A stretch of 56,001 nt of DNA from a virus (Duplodnaviria > Caudoviricetes). This document shows, piece by piece, positions 36,446 through 46,015 of this stretch (within the stretch, counting starts at the first letter, position 1; every line of letters begins with the position of its first letter). A model generated the notes under the pieces. It had not been told where the DNA came from. It saw only the letters and a list, made by a program, of their open reading frames with translations, and did no database searches. Both the position numbers and the translations under genes were made by a program. The DNA is taken from IMG/VR virus record IMGVR_UViG_3300020057_000388, positions 1-56,001 of that record; one strand, 5' to 3'.

Positions 36446-37984
36446 ATGGCAACCGTCATCAATCGCATTCGTGCGCTCGCCGGACAGGCGATCCAGAACC
36501 TTCCCGCCCTCAAGTTCCGCGAGGGCACCGACAAGGCGACCCGCGCCCAAGCCGAGGGCATGCTGTCGACCCTTCAGCGCGGTGAGATGGTCACCGTTCG
36601 CACCGTCGCCTCATTCGGTGCGCGCGTGTTCACTGGCGCCGAGTTCGGTGGCTGGGAACGCACGGCCAACTTCGAGGCGTGGCAGCGCGCGACTGACGGC
36701 GGGGGCGATGGGCGCCTGCTCGAATTCGTCGCCGTGTCCGAGGGCGACAAGCGCGATGGCTCGCGCATTCGCGTCGACGGCATCGACACCACGAACCTGG
36801 CGAAAAACCCGGTGTTCTTGTGGAACCATAACAGCGGTGGCCCGCTGCCGCCGATTGGTCGCATTGTCGCGATCAAGAAGGCGGACCACGTCGGCCTCGG
36901 TCGCGTGCTGATGATCCGCGTCGCGCCGCTCGCGACGACCGACGGCACCGAACACCTCGACTTTGCGCGCATGATCTTCTCGATGTTCGAGAACGGCGAC
37001 ATGCACGCCGTCTCGTTCGGATGGGTGCCGACCGACTATGAGGTCATGTACTCGGATGACGGGTACTTCCTCGGGTTCGACTTCCTTAAGTCGGATGCCC
37101 TCGAAGTCTCGGCGGTGCCGACTCCGGCTGACCCGGACGCGCTGAAACAGCACGCCGGCAGCGCCTGCGCGTACCGCTCAGCTGCGAGCAAGTTCCCTGA
37201 CCTGTTCACGACCCGGCGCGATTCCGGCGTGTTCATGCTGCGGGACGGCGTCGAGCTGGGACCGCTGTTCCGACTCGCCGACGAAGGCGCCACGACGAGC
37301 AGCGTCGAGGGCCAGCCGCCGATTCCCGCGCCCGCGCGCGAGGAGGGTGGCAGCCAGAATGCCGCCGCTGAGCCTTGCAGTGTTCCGTTACCAACGGAAC
37401 AGGCCGAGAAGCTGCGCGGCATCTTCGCCGGCCCGGTCCGCGAGGCGCTGGCTGCGAACGATACGAAAGAGCTGCTGACGCTCGTGCGCGAGCTGATCGC
37501 CGCAGGCACCGCGGCCGACGAAGTCTATGCGGCCGTCGAGTCCGAGCGTGATGCTGCGCACGAGGAAGCGGCCCTTGCGATCGAGACGGCTGAGCGTGTC
37601 GCTGGTCTGTTCGGCGACAAGTCCATCGTCGGCCAGCGTGCCGGCAAGTCCCTGTCGCGCAAGAACCGCGAGAAGGTCGAGGCTGCGCACGCAGCGTGCT
37701 CGGCTGCGACCACGGCGTTGCGCGACCTGCTCGATTCGACGTCGGAAAGCACGACCGACGACACGAGCGACGACGATGCGCGCTCGGTGTCTGATGCACT
37801 GACCCGTCTGCAGGCGTCGGCTGAAACCCTGGCCCGCGCGAACGGTACCGACACCGTGTCGGTGCTCGCCGCGGCTCAACGGTCAGTCGAGCGCTTGGCG
37901 GCGCTGGTGTCGCCCCCTGCGCCCGACATCGGTGGTGACATTTACGCCGGTATCTTCGCCCGCGCTGCCGTCGTCGGCGCGTAA
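36446..37984 (+). CDS. Prohead protease (HK97 family) with long C-terminal extension
   Basis: KNPVFLWNH, AVSFGW, LEVSAVPTPADPDAL. Confidence 0.88.
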   Translation: MATVINRIRALAGQAIQNLPALKFREGTDKATRAQAEGMLSTLQRGEMVTVRTVASFGARVFTGAEFGGWERTANFEAWQRATDGGGDGRLLEFVAVSEGDKRDGSRIRVDGIDTTNLAKNPVFLWNHNSGGPLPPIGRIVAIKKADHVGLGRVLMIRVAPLATTDGTEHLDFARMIFSMFENGDMHAVSFGWVPTDYEVMYSDDGYFLGFDFLKSDALEVSAVPTPADPDALKQHAGSACAYRSAASKFPDLFTTRRDSGVFMLRDGVELGPLFRLADEGATTSSVEGQPPIPAPAREEGGSQNAAAEPCSVPLPTEQAEKLRGIFAGPVREALAANDTKELLTLVRELIAAGTAADEVYAAVESERDAAHEEAALAIETAERVAGLFGDKSIVGQRAGKSLSRKNREKVEAAHAACSAATTALRDLLDSTSESTTDDTSDDDARSVSDALTRLQASAETLARANGTDTVSVLAAAQRSVERLAALVSPPAPDIGGDIYAGIFARAAVVGA

Positions 37985-38091
37985 CCTTCACCCTCACACC
38001 CCGCAACCACAACCCACAACCGAACCCTATCCGGGCCGCACCGGCGCGACGAGCGCCGAGCTGCGCCCGGTTTCTTTTTGAGGAGCCACAC

Positions 38092-39474
38092 ATGAGTGCA
38101 ACCGATGCCAAGAATCACCCCGTAGCGCCCGACACGGGCTCGCTTCACACCGCGATCGCGACCCTGGAGCGCAACAGCGACCAGATCGCGCGCGACGCAG
38201 CCAGCATCAAGGAGGATGCAAAGGCGGCTCGCGAGGCAGCTGAAGCCGGCAAGATCACTGCCGAGCAGTACGCGCGCACCGCGGCCGAGCTGGTCGAGGC
38301 AAACGCTAAGCTCGACTCGCAGCGTGCGGTCGTCGAGAAGCTGAGCGCCCGGTGCGACGTGCTGGAGAAGAACCAGACGCGTTCCAGCATCATCGACGAA
38401 AAGGAATACGTCGCCGAGTTCTCGCAGCGGAACGGCGGGCTGTCGCGGAAGCAGCGCGAGAGCATCACTCAGTTCGGCCGCTGGGTCGAGGACCGCACGC
38501 GCGTCGAGATGGAAGCGAAGCCGCGCAACTTCGGTCCCGAGATGTTCAAGCGCGGGTCCGGCCAGGATGAAGGCGCACCCTCGGGCGGCGTGTCCAAGGG
38601 CGGCAACCTCATCATGCAGCAGATTTTCGACGAGGTGCAGTGGCTGCAAGACGAGTACGGCACGGTCCTGCGTGACGCACGCGTCGTGCGGATGACGAGC
38701 CCGACGCTCGACATCCCGACCGCGGCCAACGCCTGGACGCTGGAGTACCCCGGCGAGACGAACGGCCCGGCGGCTTTCGCCGGCTCCGAGATCATCGACC
38801 CCAAGCCTCGCCTCGATGCCAAGACGGCGATCGCCAAGTCGAAGATCAGCTTCGAGCTGAATCAGGACATGCCGATCGGCTTCCTCGATTTTATGATGGA
38901 GCAGGCGTTCGAGACGTTCGGCCTAGAATACGACCGCGTCGGCCTCGCGACCAATAACAGCCCGACCGGCTGGTACGGCGCGCTGTACGCTGCGGGCGCA
39001 TTCGCGCACAGCCTCGGTGGCAGCTCGACCAGCGGCAAGACGTCGATGTCCAACATCGCCTATGACGATTTCGTCGACGCGATGTCCAAGGTCGACAAGC
39101 GCGTGCACCTGACGGGCAAGTTTTACTTCAGCTCGTACGTTGCGGATCTCACCCGCAAGATCAAGGACAGCGCACTGCAGCCGCTGTTCTCGCCGATGAT
39201 GGCCGGCGCCCCTGCCACCATCCTCGGTCGCCCGTGGGAAGTCTGCAGCGTGCTGCCGGACATCACCACGAACGCAACTGCGGGCATGCCGTTCGCCCTG
39301 TACGCGAACCTGCGTCGGGCGCTGTTCTTCGGCCTGCGCCATGATCTCGAAATCGCGTTCAGCGATCACGCGGAGTTCTACTCCGGCGGCATGGGCATCC
39401 GGCTCATTTCGCGGTTCGCGCCCAAGGTCGTGCTGCCGAAAGCAATCGTGATCATCAAAAATGCGGCTTCGTAA
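38092..39474 (+). CDS. Major capsid protein, HK97 fold
   Basis: Coiled-coil delta domain, GGNLI, ISFEL, KIKDS..QPLF, TILGRP; strong SD. Confidence 0.92.
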   Translation: MSATDAKNHPVAPDTGSLHTAIATLERNSDQIARDAASIKEDAKAAREAAEAGKITAEQYARTAAELVEANAKLDSQRAVVEKLSARCDVLEKNQTRSSIIDEKEYVAEFSQRNGGLSRKQRESITQFGRWVEDRTRVEMEAKPRNFGPEMFKRGSGQDEGAPSGGVSKGGNLIMQQIFDEVQWLQDEYGTVLRDARVVRMTSPTLDIPTAANAWTLEYPGETNGPAAFAGSEIIDPKPRLDAKTAIAKSKISFELNQDMPIGFLDFMMEQAFETFGLEYDRVGLATNNSPTGWYGALYAAGAFAHSLGGSSTSGKTSMSNIAYDDFVDAMSKVDKRVHLTGKFYFSSYVADLTRKIKDSALQPLFSPMMAGAPATILGRPWEVCSVLPDITTNATAGMPFALYANLRRALFFGLRHDLEIAFSDHAEFYSGGMGIRLISRFAPKVVLPKAIVIIKNAAS

Positions 39475-39496
39475 ATCGCAGCCGTAACCTAGTCCT

Positions 39497-39542
39497 CCGC
39501 ACCTCCTGGTGGCTCACGCCGTCAGGAGGTGCGGCTGTTTTC
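39497..39542 (+). terminator. Intrinsic terminator after capsid gene
   Basis: CCGCACCTCCTG...CAGGAGGTGCGG followed by TGTTTT. Confidence 0.65.
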
Positions 39543-39568
39543 GTGTTTCTGCGGTGTGGAGGGGTGGA

Positions 39569-40570
39569 ATGCTCAAAGTCGCGTGGATCGGTGACGACTA
39601 TCTGGCAACGGGGCGCGGCTACGGCTACGCCGTCGCGGCCGAAGGAATCAAGCAGGCGCTCGCGCCGTACGTCGATTGGGATGACGCCGCGCCGCTCGCG
39701 TTCACCGTCGCACCGCCGACCGACTTGCCCGAGAAGATCGAAGGCAAGCGGCTCGTCGCTTACACGATGTTTGAGTCGCCCGACCTACCGCGAGGCGCCC
39801 GCGATGCGCTCGCGCGCATGGACCTGCTCGTTGTGCCGTCGAAGTTCTGTCGCTCGATCTTCTTGAACGTCCGCGAGGATCTACCCGTGCTGCTCGCGCC
39901 GCTTGGCGTCGATCCGATGCCGCTCGTGGAACGCACCTACGGTGTGCCGTTCCGCTTCTTGTGGGTCGGCGCCGCGAGCTTACGCAAGGGGCAGGTGATC
40001 GCCGCGCAGGCGTACGTCCTCGGCCAGCTGAAAGACTGCGGTGCGCACCTGTACCTCAAGACGACCACGCAAGATCCGAACGACCCCGGCAAGATCGAGA
40101 CGAACGACAGCGGAACCATTCACTACGACACCCGCAACCTGACGCGTGCCGAGCTGGGCGAGCTGTACGCCAGCGCGCACGCGTTCGTGTACCCGACGAT
40201 TGGCGAAGGCTTCGGCATGACGCTCGCGGAAGCGATGACGTCGGGCCTGCCGTGTATCGCTCCCGAGTGGGGCGGACACCTGGAATTCGCCAGCGAGCGC
40301 AACTGCCTGCTGCTGCCGGCGCAGCCGATTCGCGTCGGCGTTACGCACGGGGAGCATGCCGCCGAGACTGATGACGGGAAGTACCGGCAAGCGATGACCG
40401 GGCCGAACGACTTCGCCGAAGCGATGCTCGTCACCATGCTGAAGTACGACCAGACGCTAGAGCTTGGCGCCGAGGGCGCGCGCTACATCCGGCGCGAATT
40501 CACATGGGCGAAATGCGGAGCGCGCATCGCCGAAATTCTCACCGACGCGCAGAAGCGTTTCCAGCTCTGA
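39569..40570 (+). CDS. Glycosyltransferase family 4 (GT-B)
   Basis: RKG, EGFGMTLAEAMTSGLPCI. Confidence 0.92.
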   Translation: MLKVAWIGDDYLATGRGYGYAVAAEGIKQALAPYVDWDDAAPLAFTVAPPTDLPEKIEGKRLVAYTMFESPDLPRGARDALARMDLLVVPSKFCRSIFLNVREDLPVLLAPLGVDPMPLVERTYGVPFRFLWVGAASLRKGQVIAAQAYVLGQLKDCGAHLYLKTTTQDPNDPGKIETNDSGTIHYDTRNLTRAELGELYASAHAFVYPTIGEGFGMTLAEAMTSGLPCIAPEWGGHLEFASERNCLLLPAQPIRVGVTHGEHAAETDDGKYRQAMTGPNDFAEAMLVTMLKYDQTLELGAEGARYIRREFTWAKCGARIAEILTDAQKRFQL

Positions 40571-40591
40571 CTGCGCCCTTCGCCCCCACTG

Positions 40592-40819
40592 GTGCCGATG
40601 AAGATTGCAACGTGTGTCGTTCGACCCGGCAAGGTCGCCCATACCCCTGACAAGGTCTACCGCGAGGGCAGCGAGTTTCCGCTGCAGCTCTCGCTTGCGA
40701 CGCCGCTGAAGCTAAGCGGCGTCATTGACATTACCAGCGTGCGCGACCGCGCCGACGGTACCGGCGAAGCACGCATCACGACCGCCGGAACCCGAAGCAT
40801 GATGGCCGCGGATTGGTAA
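40592..40819 (+). CDS. Small head-associated hypothetical protein
   Basis: Position after capsid; short ORF. Confidence 0.55.
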   Translation: MPMKIATCVVRPGKVAHTPDKVYREGSEFPLQLSLATPLKLSGVIDITSVRDRADGTGEARITTAGTRSMMAADW

Positions 40820-40834
40820 CCACCGGAGCCGCCT

Positions 40835-41251
40835 ATGGCAACTGAAAGCGTACAGAAGGGCACCGTTCCATCAGGCGGCGCCGAGATCGCGACCGAAACA
40901 AACACCGAGGACAGCAAAACCAAACACTGGCAGCGTATCACCGTCGATGGCCGCAACGGCAAGTCGGTCACCGATGCGCTGAGCGCGAGCACGCCGGACG
41001 GCACCGTGACGGTGACGACATCGTCCACACTGCTGCTCGCCGCAAACGCCAACCGCGTAGGATTCTCAATCAACAATATCGGCGGCGCAAATATCTTCGT
41101 GCGTCTCGCATCGACCGGCGCCACGACGACAGCCGGCCACAGGATCACGCCCGGCGGCTTCTGGGACATGCAGGGCATTGGCCTATTCCGCGGCGCGCTA
41201 TGCGCCATCACCTCGTCAGGCACTGCTGATGTGCGCGTATGCGAGTGGTAA
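40835..41251 (+). CDS. Putative virion structural (beta-sandwich) protein
   Basis: LLLAANANRVGFSINN pattern; structural region. Confidence 0.6.
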   Translation: MATESVQKGTVPSGGAEIATETNTEDSKTKHWQRITVDGRNGKSVTDALSASTPDGTVTVTTSSTLLLAANANRVGFSINNIGGANIFVRLASTGATTTAGHRITPGGFWDMQGIGLFRGALCAITSSGTADVRVCEW

Positions 41252-41695
41252 TTAGGGCCGATCGAGGCTCGGCCAGTTCTGGCCGTTCATGCAGGCGCTG
41301 ACGGTCTGCTGCGCAACCCCGTACTCCCTCGCCAAGCTCGCTTGACTGATGCCGCCAGACGCGTAGCGGGCGCGGATAGCGACGACCTGAGCAGCCGTCA
41401 GTTTAGCATTGTAGTTCGTTTCGCCGTGGCTGTTGACGATGCCTGGATGTCGGTCCCGTAGGACCATATCGCGAGCGTTGGTTTTCATCGTGCCCGCATA
41501 AATGTGGGACGGTCTGACGCACGGTCGATTATCGCAGTGATGGCAAGCGATAGGCCGGTCCAGGGTGCGGCCCTCGCCGAAATGATCGAGCGAGAAAATG
41601 TGCGCCCCTTCCGGCCGGTCGGGCACTTGTTTCCAGAATCGTTGCTCAGGAGTGAGCGGCCAGCGCGCCCGGCGCTGCTTGTCAGTGAACGCCAT
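41252..41695 (-). CDS. HNH endonuclease with C-terminal HTH (possible internal deletion)
   Basis: CHHCDNRPCVRPSH...GT..N, AKLT...LAREYGV. Confidence 0.8.
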   Translation of the reverse strand: MAFTDKQRRARWPLTPEQRFWKQVPDRPEGAHIFSLDHFGEGRTLDRPIACHHCDNRPCVRPSHIYAGTMKTNARDMVLRDRHPGIVNSHGETNYNAKLTAAQVVAIRARYASGGISQASLAREYGVAQQTVSACMNGQNWPSLDRP

Positions 41696-41753
41696 AGCTC
41701 CCCACTAAAGCCTACACTCGTAGAGCGCAGTAATAACTTTCCATGGAGTCACA

Positions 41754-42509
41754 ATGACGCAATTTCGATCACTTCTTGTCGCACTGCTGCTCCTCGTGGC
41801 TACGTCTGCGTCCGCTGGCCCGTCCGCCGGTCCGCCCGCGATCCAGTATACCCAGTATAACACCGGCGCAACGGTCGAAACGTACGTGACGAACGTCTTG
41901 TCGCCGCTTGGCGGCACCTGCAACGGCAGCGTATGCACCATCACGCTGCCTTCTAATTCTATCCTGCCCGAGGATCTGGATGCATCCAGCGGCGGCTCGC
42001 CTGGCGCATCGACCTACTACCGAGGCGACGGCGGGTGGGGCAATCCCTCCGGCATCACCAAAGTCCGCACGTCAGACAGTACGGCGAAGAATAGCAACGT
42101 CACGCTTGCCATCGATCAAGGCACCGGCCCCGACTTGACGGGGTGGGCCGTCACGAACGGACTCACCTACCGCATCGAAGCCGATCTCGCCGTCACCACC
42201 GGCACGACAGCGGACTTCAAACTTGCCTTCGCCGGGCCGGCTGGCTCCACGTGCCGCATCGCAGTAACCGCAATAGGCACGGCCTCCGGAGCAGACACGC
42301 CCGCCTTTCTCACGGTCTGCACCAACACACCGACGGGGGTCAAGGTTGGCGACCTGGGAAGCTCCGCCGACAACACCATTCGCGTCTCGGGTTACTTCAC
42401 CGCCGGGGCCACCGGCACCCTTGACGTCCAGTGGACACAGAACATCTCCCAGTCCACCAACACAACCCTTGACGCCGGCTCAGCGATGAGCGTCACCTTG
42501 ACGCAGTAA
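41754..42509 (+). CDS. Signal-peptide protein with tail-fibre-like C-terminal domain
   Basis: MTQFRSLLVALLLLVATSASA; TYYRGDGGW; beta-rich C-terminus ending TLDVQWTQN...LDAGS. Confidence 0.65.
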   Translation: MTQFRSLLVALLLLVATSASAGPSAGPPAIQYTQYNTGATVETYVTNVLSPLGGTCNGSVCTITLPSNSILPEDLDASSGGSPGASTYYRGDGGWGNPSGITKVRTSDSTAKNSNVTLAIDQGTGPDLTGWAVTNGLTYRIEADLAVTTGTTADFKLAFAGPAGSTCRIAVTAIGTASGADTPAFLTVCTNTPTGVKVGDLGSSADNTIRVSGYFTAGATGTLDVQWTQNISQSTNTTLDAGSAMSVTLTQ

Positions 42510-42523
42510 CGAAAGGGCCGTCC

Positions 42524-42826
42524 ATGTTAAAGCTGCTTTCCACCGCGCTGCTCCTAGCGTTCGTCACTCCAGCCTTCGCCGCCGACCCGATCTGCCGCTT
42601 TGCGGTCGAGCGGGAGTGTGTCTCCGTCGCGGCGCAGTGCCAGCGTGACGTCAATCTCACGAGCGAGTCGGACGCGGTCAAAAGCGCCGAGCTTGCCGCG
42701 TGTGACGCGAAATCCGTGGCATGCGCGGAGCGGATGCGTCGGCCAGCCGAGGACTGCGCCACGCTTCAGCGGACGCTCGATGCGACGTTGCGCGGGACGC
42801 GCCTTACGCCGGCTCAGACGACGTAA
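42524..42826 (+). CDS. Small secreted Cys-rich protein
   Basis: Signal peptide ending AFA; 6 Cys. Confidence 0.65.
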   Translation: MLKLLSTALLLAFVTPAFAADPICRFAVERECVSVAAQCQRDVNLTSESDAVKSAELAACDAKSVACAERMRRPAEDCATLQRTLDATLRGTRLTPAQTT

Positions 42827-42830
42827 CCCC

Positions 42831-44711
42831 GTGCTCCTCGCCCTCGATGACAATGATCTAGCCACCTCACTGGCCTATGCCATTGGAGCGGTCGCCGGAG
42901 TCTCGGCGACGAAGGCTGCACGGGTCGAGAACGTGGCCGGAGTCTCGACCACCTCGACCGAACGAGTCGAAGCGCTTGCCGCGACTTCGACCACGTCTGC
43001 CGAGCGGATGGAAGCGCTGCACGGGATCGCCGCATCCGCCGCCGACCCGATGGAGTCCAAGGGCGAGATCGTGGGCATCGTGCTCGCGAACCTACCCATT
43101 GACGCACTGGCTGGCGTGTCGGCGTCACCGAGCCTGCGGGTCGAGGGCGTTCATGGCCTGACCGCAACGATGGCCGCGATCGTCGAGGCACTGCATGCGA
43201 CGTCGCAGACGATCAGCGATCGGGTCGAGTCGCTGGCGATCGCCTCGACGACGAGTGCCGAACGCGTCGAGTCGGTGGCCGGCGTGTCCGCATTGAGCGG
43301 AGAGCGCATCGAAACGCTGGCAGCGCGATCCGCGTCACTGGCGTTGCTCATCGAGAGCTTGCGCACCTACGCTGCGACCCTTGTCACGCCAGCCGAGTCG
43401 ATGGCCGGAACCTCGGCCACGAGCGCAGAGCGCGTCGAGTCCATAGCGGCCGTCTCGGCAGCGAGTGCGGAACGGGTCGAGACGTTGGCGGCTCGTTCGG
43501 CATCCTCGGCGTTGATCGTCGAGGAGCTGCGCGGCCACGCGTCGACGCTGGCAACGCCAGTCGAGTGGCTGGCGTCCACCTCAAACGCCAGAACCGAGCG
43601 CGTCGAAGCTGCTGCCGGTGTCTCGGCGTCGAGCGGCGAACGGGTCGAGGCACTGGCCGCACGCTCCGCGTCCTCGGCGTTACTTGTCGAGGCGCTACGG
43701 ACCTACGCAGCGACGTTCGGGGCGCAGGTCGAATCGCTGGCGTCGACGTCCATCACGCGCGGCGCCCGCCTAGAAACGCTCGCGGGCGTGTCACGCCTGA
43801 TGGCGGACATAATCGAAGCGCTGCACAGCGTCGCAGGGCTCGCGGCTGAGCCGGTGGAAAACCTACGGAGTATCGCCGCGACGAGCGGCGCCACGGTCGA
43901 AGCGCTGGTCAGCGTCAGCACGCAGCTCGGGCTGCTCGCAGTCGAGACGCTGCACGGGATCGCCGCATCCGCCGCCGACCCGATGGAGTCCAAGGGCGAG
44001 ATCGTGGGCATCGTGCTCGCGAACCTACCCATTGACGCACTGGCCGCGGCATCGCGGATGCAGGCAGCACGGGTCGAATCACTGACGTCAGTATCAACGA
44101 CGGCGTCCGATCCGATCGCCACGCAACGCAGCGGGGCAGTGACCATTGCCGCGCTGATCGAGTCGCTGCGCGGGGTGAAGTACGCGCCGGTCGCGCCGGT
44201 CGAAAGCCTAACAGCCGTCTCGGCCCTCGCACCCAGCGTCCTCGAATCGCTGGCGACCGTCACGCAGCAGCAAGCACTCGCGCTTGAATGGCTCGCGGCC
44301 AGGTCCGTTTCGGCGGCGGCCGTCGTCGAGATCCTGCACACCGTCACGCGCCAGCTCGGCGCCGTGGTTGGATCGACCGCCGGCACAGGCGCGCAGGCGC
44401 AGGCTATCGTCGAGGCTCAGCACGGGATCGCGCAGGCACGCGCGCTCGTGATCGAAGCGCGGCAATCCGTCTTGTCTGTCCTAGCCTCGCTGCCGTTCGA
44501 GGTGCGCGGGTTCGTTTCCGCTCTCGGCATCGTGCACGCCAGCGGCAGCACCATCAGTGACGGCGAAGCCTCGGGCATGGCGCTCGTGGCGAGCCAGGCA
44601 CTCGACCAGACGCTGCGGGCCACGCTCGCCACGCTGCTCGCGATCGACAGCGTGCACGCGACCACCAAGCAGCTCGCTGGCGACATCGCTGGCGCGAAGT
44701 CTGTGCAGTAA
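42831..44711 (+). CDS. 14-residue repeat fibrous protein (Ala/Ser/Thr-rich)
   Basis: About 40 units such as VESLAIASTTSAER; GTG at 42831. Confidence 0.8.
   Translation: MLLALDDNDLATSLAYAIGAVAGVSATKAARVENVAGVSTTSTERVEALAATSTTSAERMEALHGIAASAADPMESKGEIVGIVLANLPIDALAGVSASPSLRVEGVHGLTATMAAIVEALHATSQTISDRVESLAIASTTSAERVESVAGVSALSGERIETLAARSASLALLIESLRTYAATLVTPAESMAGTSATSAERVESIAAVSAASAERVETLAARSASSALIVEELRGHASTLATPVEWLASTSNARTERVEAAAGVSASSGERVEALAARSASSALLVEALRTYAATFGAQVESLASTSITRGARLETLAGVSRLMADIIEALHSVAGLAAEPVENLRSIAATSGATVEALVSVSTQLGLLAVETLHGIAASAADPMESKGEIVGIVLANLPIDALAAASRMQAARVESLTSVSTTASDPIATQRSGAVTIAALIESLRGVKYAPVAPVESLTAVSALAPSVLESLATVTQQQALALEWLAARSVSAAAVVEILHTVTRQLGAVVGSTAGTGAQAQAIVEAQHGIAQARALVIEARQSVLSVLASLPFEVRGFVSALGIVHASGSTISDGEASGMALVASQALDQTLRATLATLLAIDSVHATTKQLAGDIAGAKSVQ
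43015..44044. repeat. Exact 97-bp direct repeat in the fibre gene
   Basis: 43015-43111 identical to 43948-44044; 933-nt spacing is in frame. Confidence 0.9.
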
Positions 44712-44741
44712 CCCCCAACCCTTCCACCCTAGGAGCTTCCT

Positions 44742-45530
44742 ATGCCGCCTCTTGCAACGACAGACTTTCGCCCGTGGTGCGTCAAGAATGCGCCCGAAGA
44801 TAACACCGCCACCAGCGGCGGCGTGATCGACGACACTGGCACCTCAAGCGTGCCGGGCGTCGAGCCCGTGTTCACCCAAATGGCTGCGGCCGACTCGGTG
44901 CAAATCGTCTCGGACGGCGCCGACACCCGGACGGTGGCCGTCACATGCCGCAAGGCTGACGGCACCATCGTCGCGCAAACCGGTACGCTGAACGGCGCGA
45001 CCGCCGTCACGCTCTCGACGATGGGCTCGGTGCTCTACGTCCTGAAGGCGATTGCCAGCGCGGTCGACGCCGCGCGCACGATCACCGTCCGCCGCCTGAC
45101 TGGCCCGGTCACGATCCGCACCATCGAGCCCACCCGGCGCGGCTTCCGACTCATGTTCTACGACACCACGTCGGACGAGTCGGTGACCAAGACGTATTAC
45201 GAAGGCTTCTATTGGGTGAACCATAATGCGTCGCTCGCCCTCACGCACGCGCAGGTCACGCTCACCGTCGATGGCGCCAATGCGGCCAGCGCGCTTGCGG
45301 ATATCTCGCAAGGCATCGCCGCTGCGAAGGGTGACGTTTCCACGATCACCAACCGCGTGACGACGCCCGGCGGCATCACGTTCGTGACCGATGGCACCGT
45401 GCAGGACGTGCCGACCACGAACCTCGCCAACGGCGAACGCATCTTCGTGTGGCAGCGACTCGCGCTGAGCGCCACCTGCCCAGCGATTAATGCGTCGTTC
45501 ACCTCGAAGATCAGCGGCAGTGGATTCTAA
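44742..45530 (+). CDS. Putative structural protein
   Basis: AGGAG SD; beta-rich; structural operon. Confidence 0.65.
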   Translation: MPPLATTDFRPWCVKNAPEDNTATSGGVIDDTGTSSVPGVEPVFTQMAAADSVQIVSDGADTRTVAVTCRKADGTIVAQTGTLNGATAVTLSTMGSVLYVLKAIASAVDAARTITVRRLTGPVTIRTIEPTRRGFRLMFYDTTSDESVTKTYYEGFYWVNHNASLALTHAQVTLTVDGANAASALADISQGIAAAKGDVSTITNRVTTPGGITFVTDGTVQDVPTTNLANGERIFVWQRLALSATCPAINASFTSKISGSGF

Positions 45531-45541
45531 GGAGCCATCAC

Positions 45542-46000
45542 ATGAGTGCAATCGAAACCGAAATCGAAACCGAAGCAGCCGAACCGACGCCGATTTCCGG
45601 CGTGCGTTACCGATGCGCCGGCCCGCGCGTCCTGACCGACGCGCTACGCGGAGCAAGCATCGCGAAGCGCGAAACGCTCGAAGCGGCGGGCGACCACCCG
45701 TCGCTCGTGCTGTTCGCCCGGAACCTCGCAAAGTCGATGGAGCGTGCCGACACGCTCAGCGCGGAGCCGTCGACGACCGAGGTCACCGAGGCGCTGGTGC
45801 AGCTGACCAACGCCCGTAAGGGCTGCGGCACCGACACCACCGAGATGATCGAGGCACTGTCATTCGATGGCATCGAGCACGCGATCAGCTGCCCGACGTG
45901 CGGCACGGTCACGAAGGTGACGCGCACCCCACGCAATGCCGAGGACGCGAAAGCGGCCGACGCCAAGAAGCTCGCCAAGATCGTCGACGTTCTCAAGTAA
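45542..46000 (+). CDS. Hypothetical protein with CPTC motif
   Basis: AAGGAG SD, operon packing. Confidence 0.6.
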   Translation: MSAIETEIETEAAEPTPISGVRYRCAGPRVLTDALRGASIAKRETLEAAGDHPSLVLFARNLAKSMERADTLSAEPSTTEVTEALVQLTNARKGCGTDTTEMIEALSFDGIEHAISCPTCGTVTKVTRTPRNAEDAKAADAKKLAKIVDVLK

Positions 46001-46015
46001 CGACCCGAGGTTCCC

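Noticed and set aside
43015-44044. Possible DGR template/variable repeat pair
   Set aside because: The copies are identical with no adenine-specific mismatches, both are in frame in one gene, and no reverse transcriptase is in the window.
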